Of a stretch of 13,744 nucleotides of DNA, positions 1 through 8,771 are shown one piece after another (position 1 is the stretch's first letter; each line of letters starts with the position of its first letter). The DNA is from Vitrella brassicaformis CCMP3155 (Eukaryota; Protista; Chromerida). The notes below the pieces were generated by a model that saw only the letters and a list, made by a program, of their open reading frames with translations, was not told the origin of the DNA and searched no databases. The DNA lies in the NCBI GenBank assembly GCA_001179505.1, contig CDMY01000875.1:1-13744 (forward strand), in the 5' to 3' direction. A program made the position numbers and the translations under genes.

Positions 1-13
1 CAGACCTGTCTCT

Positions 14-722
14 CTATTTCGTGCTTTCCCGGTGACCGTTGGCAGCTCTCGTGCGTGTCTTGCTTGGCGGGCTGGCCATGCCCATGATGGACTCGTGCGT
101 TGCGTGCCTTGTTCTGCTTCGACTCGCAGACCGTCTGGGGTGAGGCTGATCGACCAGACTGACATCGACAGAGACGATGATGAGATGAGGAACGCTGCCG
201 CCTACGCCATCTTGCTCGCCCTTAAGATAGTGGCAATGGAGTGGCAGGGTGTCGTCCCTGAGTGCGTAACGCTTGACGAATGCCATGAATGCGTTGACGG
301 GGTAGGTGTGCAGCTGACTGGTCAGGAAGAGAGAGAGAGAGAGAGAGGGGAGAGAGGGAATCAACCATTCCTATTGTGTTTGTGTCTAGTGGTGTGTGTC
401 TAGTGCTCTGTCTGCGTTTGTGGTAAGTAAACTGTTCAACCGCAGCATGTAAAAAAGCAGCGACATGCACATCATCGTCAATGTCTTCTTTCGACACTGT
501 GTTGTTGTATGTGTGTGTGTGTGTGTGTGGCATACGCAGCTTGAAGGTGCTTGATTTGTCCAGCCTACGGAGCCAGAGTGCCCGCCGTGCGGTCTCGCTG
601 ACAGCGTGAAGGGCCATGAGGGTCTCAAGCTGACGCACATGTGGCTTACCTGCTGATGTCGACACATTCTGACGTACAGCACGAAGCCATCGGTTGCCTC
701 TGTCAGATGTGCCGATAAAGGA
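14..722 (-). CDS. Spliced hypothetical protein, partial model (exons 722-678, 629-536, 496-433, 317-14; 5' end uncertain, possibly another exon near 873-945)
   Basis: Three GT-AG introns (677-630, 48 bp; 535-497, 39 bp with an (AC)n tract; 432-318, 115 bp with a strong CT-rich acceptor) join in phase to give ...RWLRA-LETLMALHAVSETARRALWLRRLDKSSTFKL-LSKEDIDDDVHVAAFLHAAVE-HQLHTYPVNAFMAFVKRYALRDD... No family recognised. An in-register plus-strand ORF (32-403) is a competing reading. Confidence 0.45.
326..358. repeat. (GA)n microsatellite
   Basis: Direct reading; it forms the polypyrimidine tract of the predicted minus-strand intron. Confidence 0.9.
510..529. repeat. (GT)n microsatellite
   Basis: Ten TG units, seen directly. 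Confidence 0.9.
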
Positions 723-819
723 CTGGAGGAGGTTTGTGACATTGAGCCGTTCATGCTCTTGTTTCATTTATGCATTCATGCTTTTGTGCGATAGCGATAG
801 CCACTGTGACTCATCCCGT

Positions 820-856
820 CATTCATTCATTCATTCATCCATTCGTTCATTCATTC
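820..856. repeat. (CATT)n degenerate microsatellite
   Basis: cattcattcattcattcatccattcgttcattcattc. Confidence 0.85.
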
Positions 857-1250
857 GAGGATACTACGCCTTCACATGCCACAGTGCCATCCTTCGTTCG
901 CAAAATGGACTCAGTATGTCCAATTTACATTTCAGATTCATGAAAATGGGGACTGCACGTCGTTTGACCATCAATCACAGCACAAGCGCTCGAGAGGAGA
1001 GACGGGTGTGAGAAACCTCCCTCCCTTTTCCAGCGCGAAAAATCACTCATTGCAAAGCAGCATTGATTGATTCCATGGCCTCATTTAAGGCCCCCTGCAA
1101 CAGTATGCACCCACACGTTACGGTGACAGTCAGGCAAGCACGCTCCACCCACGACTCCAGCGTTCCCCAGATTACACCCATACGAAACAGCGAACAGAAA
1201 CAAGACTCAATCAACTAGTCAAATGTGATGCAGCCGGCCGACCAAGTGAC

Positions 1251-2516
1251 TCACGCGCTGTAAATACTCCTCAAAATACTAGAGGGCGAACAGTCTTTGA
1301 AGAATGCCGAGCATCTGCTCGCCGGTCCCTTCGAGCCCACTGAAATGAAGATGGCGAGTCGTGTAAACCCGCCAGCTGACGCGACCACGCAATTTGCTTG
1401 TGCCAACATGAAGAGATCCACATAGACAGCAAGATTTGCAAGGTTTCCACCTCTGCCGTTTGACCTGGAGCGGTCCGGGTGATACAGGGTAATGTTTGCA
1501 CTTCGAACCGAGTTGTCCATTTCTGCAATGCGTTTTTTGGCAGTATAGCTATCCGATGCCACAAATATTATCGGCCAGCGCTCATAATTCCCGCCATCGC
1601 TGGCAATCATTCGTTGCATCCGCTCGCCACATTCAAGAAATTGAGGGATATCGTCCAGAGAATGACGCTTCTGGTCTTTCCACGTTACAGCGGGCCCCCC
1701 TAGGCGCATGTGAACGCCAACATAAGGGTCGTGCTGACGAAGACCAAGCTGCCGCCTCAGTGCGTACAGCTGCTGTTGAAGCGAGCGGCTTTTACGAAAA
1801 AGAGTATAGAATGCCCACTTGTAGAGCTGCTTTGGAGGGTCGGGACTCAGTGTGAGGTCAACTTCATATGCCGCCAAATATTCTTTTATCGCCGCGCTCT
1901 TCCACCACACGTGTGGACGATAGAGGTTGTGTTGCACTACAATAATTCTTTTGTCGTTGGGCAGCTTCTTTGGTTCGGCAAGCTCGGGGACAACTCGGTC
2001 AATTGAGCGAATTCGATGATCCACGGCACCAGGCGATGCAAACGACCATTGCACTAAGTGCTCCTCCAACGTCTCATTCAACGGGAAGGGCTTGCTGTAG
2101 TCGATAAGGAAGATCCTGTTGGAAACCATTGCAACGTAGAACAGTGTTACGATGCCATTCAGTCTATCTGCCACGCCGCCGCATAAGCCGCGAGCTCTTG
2201 AACAATGGTAGATGAGGTAAGAATACTCTGACGGACTTTCCAGCGCTTTGGCGTGCAACAGGACGTAGTCGTGAACCCACTGCGGTACGTCGATGTCTCG
2301 GTTTGACGATTGGTCCGTTGCGCCCAAGACTAAGTGAGACTGGCCCGATTCTGCTGCTTTGGCGGCGGTTGACGCTGCCGTGCGGTTGTTCACAGGATTC
2401 ACGACACTTAGAACATTCGGACTCATGAGGGAAGTCAACGTCCAGATGGAAAACATGGTGGCGAATGCCGACAGCAGCAGCAAGAGGGTGCTGCGCCTCC
2501 GCCATTCCGCCGGCAT
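1251..2516 (-). CDS. Type II membrane fucosyltransferase-superfamily glycosyltransferase (GT23/NodZ/GT37-like GT-B fold), 421 aa, intronless
   Basis: Short basic N-tail (RRR), hydrophobic anchor TLLLLLSAFATMFSIWTLTSLM, Ala/Ser-rich stem. It carries CGGVADRLNGIVTLFYVAMVSNRIFLID plus the three fucosyltransferase motifs VGVHMRLGG (I), IFVASD (II) and DLFMLAQANCVVASAGGF (III). Exact CAZy family and linkage cannot be determined by eye. Confidence 0.85.
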   Translation of the reverse strand: MPAEWRRRSTLLLLLSAFATMFSIWTLTSLMSPNVLSVVNPVNNRTAASTAAKAAESGQSHLVLGATDQSSNRDIDVPQWVHDYVLLHAKALESPSEYSYLIYHCSRARGLCGGVADRLNGIVTLFYVAMVSNRIFLIDYSKPFPLNETLEEHLVQWSFASPGAVDHRIRSIDRVVPELAEPKKLPNDKRIIVVQHNLYRPHVWWKSAAIKEYLAAYEVDLTLSPDPPKQLYKWAFYTLFRKSRSLQQQLYALRRQLGLRQHDPYVGVHMRLGGPAVTWKDQKRHSLDDIPQFLECGERMQRMIASDGGNYERWPIIFVASDSYTAKKRIAEMDNSVRSANITLYHPDRSRSNGRGGNLANLAVYVDLFMLAQANCVVASAGGFTRLAIFISVGSKGPASRCSAFFKDCSPSSILRSIYSA

Positions 2517-2691
2517 ATTCTCTACATTCCTAAAAAAGATCCCTGAAAGAAGCCGAGCACCACGAAGGGGGGCTTATCATGTGTCTGTAAAACCGTTTGT
2601 TGCGGGGAGTGGACGTGTTCGCCGTAGGGTACCCACGCAGGGGAGGGACCCCAGCGAGAAACAACAGAAACAACAACAGTGGGAAATCTAA

Positions 2692-2726
2692 TCGGTAATG
2701 TTCGGTAAGTAGCCGAACATTACCGA
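2692..2726. other. Perfect 14-bp stem hairpin
   Basis: tcggtaatgttcgg (2692-2705), loop taagtag, ccgaacattaccga (2713-2726). Confidence 0.85.
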
Positions 2727-3109
2727 ACTTGAATTCGCTTTCTTCGCAAAAGCGGGGGCCTTTCACCCTCGTTGATTGGAAGGGGTGGGTGGGTGGGCGT
2801 ACATGGGTAGGTAGCGAATGCTTTGATGGGACCCCACGCGAATGCGTGTCGACGAACTGTTACGAGGGGGGAGGGGCCCCCGAGTAATGGGAGGCGATCG
2901 GCCAGACGGAGAGCATAGGAAAATGGCGGGCAACAAATATACACAGTTTTGTCGAGAGTGATTTTTGATCGCCTTGAGGTTGAGTGAGGTTGAGTACGTA
3001 TTTCAGAAGGGGTGGACAAGAGGAGACGGCAGAGGTTTCAGCAATATTCACGTGTGGTGCACGGAAACAGGCTTTGTTCCAAGCTTATCGTTCTGTTTGC
3101 TGAGTGCAT

Positions 3110-3409
3110 NNNNNNNNNNNNNNNNNNNNNNNNNNNNNNNNNNNNNNNNNNNNNNNNNNNNNNNNNNNNNNNNNNNNNNNNNNNNNNNNNNNNNNNNNNN
3201 NNNNNNNNNNNNNNNNNNNNNNNNNNNNNNNNNNNNNNNNNNNNNNNNNNNNNNNNNNNNNNNNNNNNNNNNNNNNNNNNNNNNNNNNNNNNNNNNNNNN
3301 NNNNNNNNNNNNNNNNNNNNNNNNNNNNNNNNNNNNNNNNNNNNNNNNNNNNNNNNNNNNNNNNNNNNNNNNNNNNNNNNNNNNNNNNNNNNNNNNNNNN
3401 NNNNNNNNN
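3110..3409. other. Assembly gap (300 N)
   Basis: Run of N. The right flank is C12-TGAAT-G10, a homopolymer hairpin that plausibly broke the assembly. Confidence 1.
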
Positions 3410-4031
3410 CCCCCCCCCCCCTGAATGGGGGGGGGGCCATAAAGGGCAGACATGTAGGTATTCGAGGCAGACGATGATGCATAGGAAGACCAGGGCATTT
3501 CGGTAGGACGGCAGGCATTGGCATCGGTGGAGCTTTGCAAAGGGAGACGGCGCCCTGTCATTAGGTGGGGGCCTGTTATGGGGGCGTCTTGCCTCCGAGT
3601 CGAAGTGAATGAGAACCTTTGTGTGATTCAAGCTGTTCCAGTGACCGTTGTTGTCTTGTGCGGCAACTTGTGGCTCGAGAAAATTGTGGATATATGATCA
3701 GTCGCCCGTCAAAATACGCCGGAAGTAGCTCCGTTGACAATAGAGACAGTAGCGAAACAGAGACACGTTAAGCTTTCCTGCATCCATAGACAAACACTCA
3801 TGTGTGAGTAAATAACACGCAGTACCACACAGTGAAAACCAAGGGGGGGGAGGAAGACACAATGCCAATTCGCGCTGCTGCAGTTCACTCGCCGCGAGCT
3901 CCGCCAAAGCTCGCCGCCATCCTCTTCGATCGTTGCTGTCAATAGTTTAGAGGCGAACATGTAATCGACCGTCCCAGCGCATGGACACACGGACAATCTT
4001 ACCCTTAACCCTTAACCACCACCACCACTTT

Positions 4032-4144
4032 CTTCGCAAACGGACTCTTTATCATGAATCGGACTTTTGTGCGACGTGATCGAACTCATGAATGAATGGC
4101 TCGAACAGGTACATGCATTCACGCAACACATGAAGGAGCCAGTC
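4032..4144 (+). repeat. Left arm of ~113-bp inverted repeat (partner 6166-6276)
   Basis: cttcgcaaacggact...catgaatcggacttttgtgc...catgaatgaatggctcgaacaggtacatgcattcacgcaacacatgaaggagccagtc is about 90% identical by eye to the reverse complement of 6166-6276. Confidence 0.9.
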
Positions 4145-4397
4145 AAAAAAATCCATCGTGTCAGTCATTGTCCACACAGTCATCCCGCAGTCCGTCTGCA
4201 ACCCTGCCCGCACAATGTCATGGCGCTCTACGTGCCCATGCTCCCGCACGCGAAGGCTACACTGTCCAGAGAGGCTGACCAAGAGAGGCTCCATCTTTCT
4301 TCTGCCCTTTCACGCGTCCGCACTGCGGCAGACCAAAGAGAAAAGGAAAACGAAATGGAGACAGAGGCTCTCAGCCGTCTTACCCATTATCACCCAT

Positions 4398-4866
4398 CAT
4401 CTGTGAGAGCAACAGCCTTGTCAGACGCCTTGCGCTACATCGGTCGTACCACCAGGTAGATGCCTCTTGGGGACCTGTACAAAGGACGCCCTTGATCGAT
4501 TCGAGCGTGGCCTTTGTTCACATAGAACCTGGTCCAAAGTTCACATACAACGTCTTCAGGATCGACCGATCTGAGAAAAGCGCGGCGAAGACAACTTCAA
4601 CCGATCTCACAAACACGTGGCGAAGCTGACACACCTACACGGGTGGATGGATCTGCTATTCGCCTTGCTGACCTCTGCAGCTATCGCTGCCGACGCTGTC
4701 GCTGGTCTTAATCGATTGAGCACCCACTGCTGGAAGTCGACCCGGTGCACATTGTTCTTGTATTTGCCGTTGGTGTGGTGTGTCGCGATGGCGTCCTCGC
4801 AGCAGGTGAGCTGGCGACGCCACAACGTCACCTGCTGCAAGGCGGGCCGCGTTATCACTTGGTCAC
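4398..4866 (-). CDS. Possible spliced hypothetical ORF or gene remnant
   Basis: GT-AG introns 4672-4635 (38 bp), 4528-4475 (54 bp) and 4449-4401 (49 bp) join in phase: ...HHTNGKYKNNVHRVDFQQWVLNRLRPATASAAIAAE-VCQLRHVFVRSVEVVFAALFSDRSILKTLYVNFGP-GPQEASTW-stop. Start not located; no family recognised. Confidence 0.3.
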
Positions 4867-4955
4867 CTGAATACAAACGCCTTGAATGAGACACGCAATA
4901 AGCAACCGAGACACGATGATAATGGGCGAGGGAGGTGTGGTGTGCTCCTCTCTAA

Positions 4956-5190
4956 TGCCTCTCGCTGCTTCTCGATCACTCACTCATACATAGACATGCG
5001 TATACAGGTGACTGCTTCACGGCACAGGGGAGGATCGACTCACCTGCTTGACGGCCCGTCAAGCAGGTGCGGGCCGTCAAGCAGGTGAGGCCGGCAAGCA
5101 GGTGAGTCGATCCTCCCTTGTGCCGTGAAGCAGTCACCTGTATACGCATGTCTATGTATGAGTGAGCGATCCAAAAGCAGCGAGGAGGCA
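4956..5190. repeat. Foldback palindrome (~95-bp arms) with nested palindrome and tandem 17-18-bp CAAGCAGGTG units
   Basis: 4979-5050 matches the reverse complement of 5095-5166 with one mismatch, and looser pairing extends to ~4956/5190. The spacer holds cacctgcttgacgg-c-ccgtcaagcaggtg and repeats of ggccg(t/g)caagcaggtg. Confidence 0.9.
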
Positions 5191-5413
5191 ATTGAAGAGT
5201 CCAGCCTGTTCGTCGCTCTCGAACGGCCATACTTGCACGAGCACGCCGGAGTGGAGGAAGGTCTTATGGGCAGGAATGGGGATGCAGTAAATGCTGAGCC
5301 GCAGCAGGATGACAATGCGCGCCGTCGGTTATGGATAGCTGTGTCGGGCAGGCCCCTCCAAGGCCTCGCGAATCTAGTGCCTCACCAGCCTCGTGATCCA
5401 GCGCCACACTATG

Positions 5414-5624
5414 ATCTTACTCTCCTTGCTAACACTTCTCTCCTGTCCCTCCATCGCATGCAAACAGCCTTGCCACTGGTGAAACGCCGCCAAGAGGCAC
5501 ATTATCCTCACTGGTTTTGGGGCGCCCTTACGGCCCTCGAGTTCGGTGGAGGTGCCCAGGCATCTCGGCCCACCCAATGCAACGGTTTCGTCAAACCAGA
5601 AATGCAAAAAAGGGGTATAGACGC
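5414..5624 (+). repeat. 211-bp dispersed direct repeat, copy 1 (copy 2 at 9209-9419)
   Basis: Near-identical from atcttactctcc to gacgc. The only differences seen are caagaggcacattatcct vs caacaggcacaccatcct and atagac vs attgac. Confidence 0.95.
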
Positions 5625-5891
5625 ACAATATGAACCCACCCATGTCTCCCCCGATACATCGGGTCAGATCCTCCCGTTTGTTCTTTCTACGCTGATTCGT
5701 TCGATTGTAATGTCCCGAGTGCCTTTGGGTGGATATATGAGGAATGCTCTTCTCGAATGTCGATACACACCTTCTGCACGGGACGGCGTCGTCAGCATTG
5801 TGCATGGTCTACACCTCAGTGCGGTCTTGTGTGGACGGCCTGTCTCGGGTACTCGTGCAGACCAGCATTTCCAATGGCTCGGAGGTCGGGC

Positions 5892-6191
5892 ATGAGGAAG
5901 AGCAAGACGACGATATGGCAACCCATCGTCGCGTCCGTGGCCGCAGCCAAGCAGAAGAAGACAGCCAAGTAGGAAGCAAAGGCAGCAGCAGCATCAATGG
6001 TGGCTACGGAGAGGACGGCAGGCAGAGGCAGGAGAGGAAGGAGACGGCATGGGAGAGCATCGTCGGCAAAGAGGTCGCCGGATGCATGACCCTGAGGTGT
6101 GCAAAGCACAGATGACAAGAAGGAGGCGGATGTAGAAGAGAAGGAGGCGGATATAGAAGGCATGGGACTGGCTCCTTCATGTGTTGCGTGA
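5892..6191 (+). pseudogene. Decayed low-complexity (Ala/Lys/Arg then Glu/Asp-rich) reading frame
   Basis: One frame reads IVASVAAAKQKKTAK*EAKAAAASM...RSPDA*P*GVQSTDDKKEADVEEKEADIEG, with stops at 5970, 6087 and 6093 and a short tandem duplication gaaggaggcggat(g/a)tagaag. Confidence 0.25.
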
Positions 6192-6276
6192 ACGCATGTA
6201 CCTGTGCGAGCCATTCATTCATGGAGTCGTTCACGTTGCACAAAAGTCCGATTCATGAAAAAGTCCGTTTGCGAAG
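6166..6276 (-). repeat. Right arm of ~113-bp inverted repeat (partner 4032-4144)
   Basis: gactggctccttcatgtgttgcgtga...caaaagtccgattcatgaaaaagtccgtttgcgaag. It ends ~190 bp upstream of the GT47 start codon. Confidence 0.9.
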
Positions 6277-6465
6277 CGAATTATATCATAATGGCTTGCT
6301 TGTTTCGATCTTCACACGTATGCAGCCCCGTCATGGGCATCGCCACGCGACAATAATGATTCTGTTTCCTGGGCGAGGAAAGCCGCCGAAAAACAATTGC
6401 GCGCGCGCGCAGCCTGCCAGTGATTCACTTTCTTTGGCGACTTGGATGTTTGTGGGAAAAAAAGA

Positions 6466-8771
6466 ATGTCGACGTGGCGTTTTCGCACTTTTCGTAGACT
6501 ATGGCTGACTTTGAGCCTCTTGCTTTGTGTCCTCAGTCTTTTTGTCTTCATCGGATTCCTAAGACGTGGTGCGGACATGACGGGGTCAGCGCCGAGAAAT
6601 CTGTTACCTGTTCGGCGTGAGCAGATGAGCTGGACCAATCTGTCACCTGCCACCCTGAGGGGACTGGAGAGCCGTTTGGAGGTGCCGTTCTACATCTATG
6701 ACACGCCGTCTGTGAGTGAACTTTATAATCTATGTCAGAGTGCAGCCCGCAGCATTCTCGAAGGAGAGTGGCCCCCTTATCTACCCAAGGGGATGGGTGA
6801 TGTAAACAAAAAGAACTATGGTACCAACGAACGCAAGGGCTGCCTCAGCTGTCTAGGTGTTGTGGCAGATGAGGTCTACTGGCTTGATCAGCTGGCAAAC
6901 GATTCATGGCGGGTTGCAGATCCCGACAAGGCCCTTGTATTTGTCATCCCCGTCTACCCTGGTACACAGCAGAAGACGATATGGAAAAAGAAGATGACTG
7001 ACTTTCTACAGTATTGTCCCTTGAGAGAGCGTGCGAAGGCAGGAGCCGAAAAAAGACTCATAAGCTGGCTGCAGAAGCAGTGAAGGAGGTTCACATGACA
7101 CTAATAGGTACCTCAAAGGCTATCTCGTTGCACGTTCAGATCGTGGGAATGCCCTATTTTCGGAGAAACGGCGGGCTTGACCATATTGTTATGGTAGGGG
7201 ACACAAGAGAAAGAGAAAGAAAGCTGGGTGCTTCGATGATTGCGTTACATGTTGATTAGGGAATAGACTGGCGTTTTAGATATGCCGGCGGCATTCGTGA
7301 TGCACTGGGGTACGAGTTTGCGACTTTGGCGAAGAACATCACATGGGGGCGCAAATTGGCAGAGCGGGGTGAGCGAACAGGGAGGACCAGACTTCACTGG
7401 CCATTTCTTGAGATATTCAATCTCACAGATCTCGGCCACATTGGGTGTGCGGTCACGGCACCTTTTACGTGAGTCATGCTATGCTTCTTCGCGTCGCCCA
7501 TTGTCTCCAGTGTGCTTCTTTTCAGTTCATCCCTGACCTTCCTGCAGAAAGCCTACCAGCCGTTTGAGAAGGAAACTCTTCTAGAGCGCCAACTCATCGA
7601 ACCTGAGGATGTCTTCGAAGACGACAAGCTTAGCACATCACTGAATCCTCCCTCAAAGTACGATTGGTTTGCTCGGGACTACTTGATGTTCTTTCAAGGT
7701 GAGCACAGCAAAGAAGAGCTGCTAAATGCCTCACCATTCCTTTCAGGTCAAGCCAGCCTTCGTCGTGGATACTTGTATCGACGGCTAGGCTTCAAGCACC
7801 TTACCGGATGGGATTTTGTCGCGGAATTTTGCGCTGAAGGAGAGTGCCCCAGGAGCTCAAATGTCTTTGTCTCTTCATCTACTACACACAAGCATCTTTT
7901 GTTTCTGGACGTCAGTGGCAAGGAGGTAAAGCAGGCACTTCCGGACTGTCCTCGGAAACACGAAGAAAGAGAGGTATCGGGTGTCTCGCTTGGCAAGTTT
8001 GAAAGATGTCGAGGGCTGAAGCGTGCACGATCAATAAATGAGAAAAATCTCGCACTCCTTAGGGCTGCGACATTCCTGCATCGACTGGCTAATTCCAAGC
8101 TGAATCTGTGCTTCAGAGGAGATGACGTCACGAGCTCTCGCTATGTGGACGGAATCCGCACTCGCACCCTTAATGTCTTAATTACTGAGGCGAAAGACAT
8201 GTTCAAATACGCCATTCCCTTCCAGGTCAGACTCGAGCCATGGGTTCATTGCATTTCGACATTGGACATTCCGATATTAATTTGCTTTCAGTGTGAGATA
8301 CCGTGGCAAAAATTCACCTATGTTGTTGACGGTTCCGAATACAAGCAAGATCCCAGAAAGGCCCTTGTGCCAATACTGAAGGAGATATACACGGATCATG
8401 CAGCAGTCAAAGAAAAGCTGCGGCTGATGGACTACTATAGTCGAAAGGTTTTTCGTACAGAAAAGCCTGATATTCTACATATGATTGCTAGTTTTCGTTA
8501 TTGGTGTCTCAGATTCTTTGGGATGCACCAAACAGCACGACCGCACGCTCAGTGCTCCGTGCGATGACAAGACAATGCCTCACGACCGAAATAAAGGCAG
8601 ACTTTCTGCGACGAACATCTCAAATCACGGGTGGAAACAGAAGCGACCACAGAGCATCGGGAATGTTCCTGTCTTGCAGACATTCACAGTCATCCACTGT
8701 TCGCGAAGTGCCCATTCTCGGATAGATCAGCAAGAAGGGAAAACCAGACAAATACGCGTCTAGAGGGGTAG
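6466..8771 (+). CDS. Exostosin-family (GT47) glycosyltransferase, type II membrane, ~597 aa, 10 predicted exons
   Basis: Exons 6466-6961, 7012-7088, 7140-7193, 7260-7368, 7429-7468, 7526-7698, 7747-8225, 8292-8447, 8513-8630, 8680-8771 sum to 1794 nt in frame, with all introns GT-AG and 48-66 bp. N-terminal RWRF/RR tail plus TM anchor LWLTLSLLLCVLSLFVFIGFL. Exostosin hallmarks: FYIYD, RVADPDKALVFVIPVY, PYFRRNGGLDHI, LMFFQG, SKLNLCFRGDDVTSSRYVDGI, IPFQCEIPWQKF. The last intron and exon are least certain. Confidence 0.85.

Noticed and set aside
3410-3436. C12-TGAAT-G10 hairpin as a functional element
   Set aside because: It abuts the gap, so homopolymer lengths and context are unreliable.
2965-3631. 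ORFs of 106-197 aa in the supplied track
   Set aside because: They are open only because they run through the 300-N gap.
4002-4017. CCCTTAA x2, telomere-like
   Set aside because: Only two units, overlapping a plausible splice donor; too short to call an interstitial telomere.
5041-5104. CRISPR-like short repeats
   Set aside because: Units are directly adjacent without unique spacers, the context is eukaryotic and there are no cas genes.
5125-5895. 256-aa ORF as a bona fide gene
   Set aside because: It starts at GTG inside the foldback arm, is a patchwork including the duplicated 211-bp block and has no recognisable domain; treated as possible chimeric cargo only.
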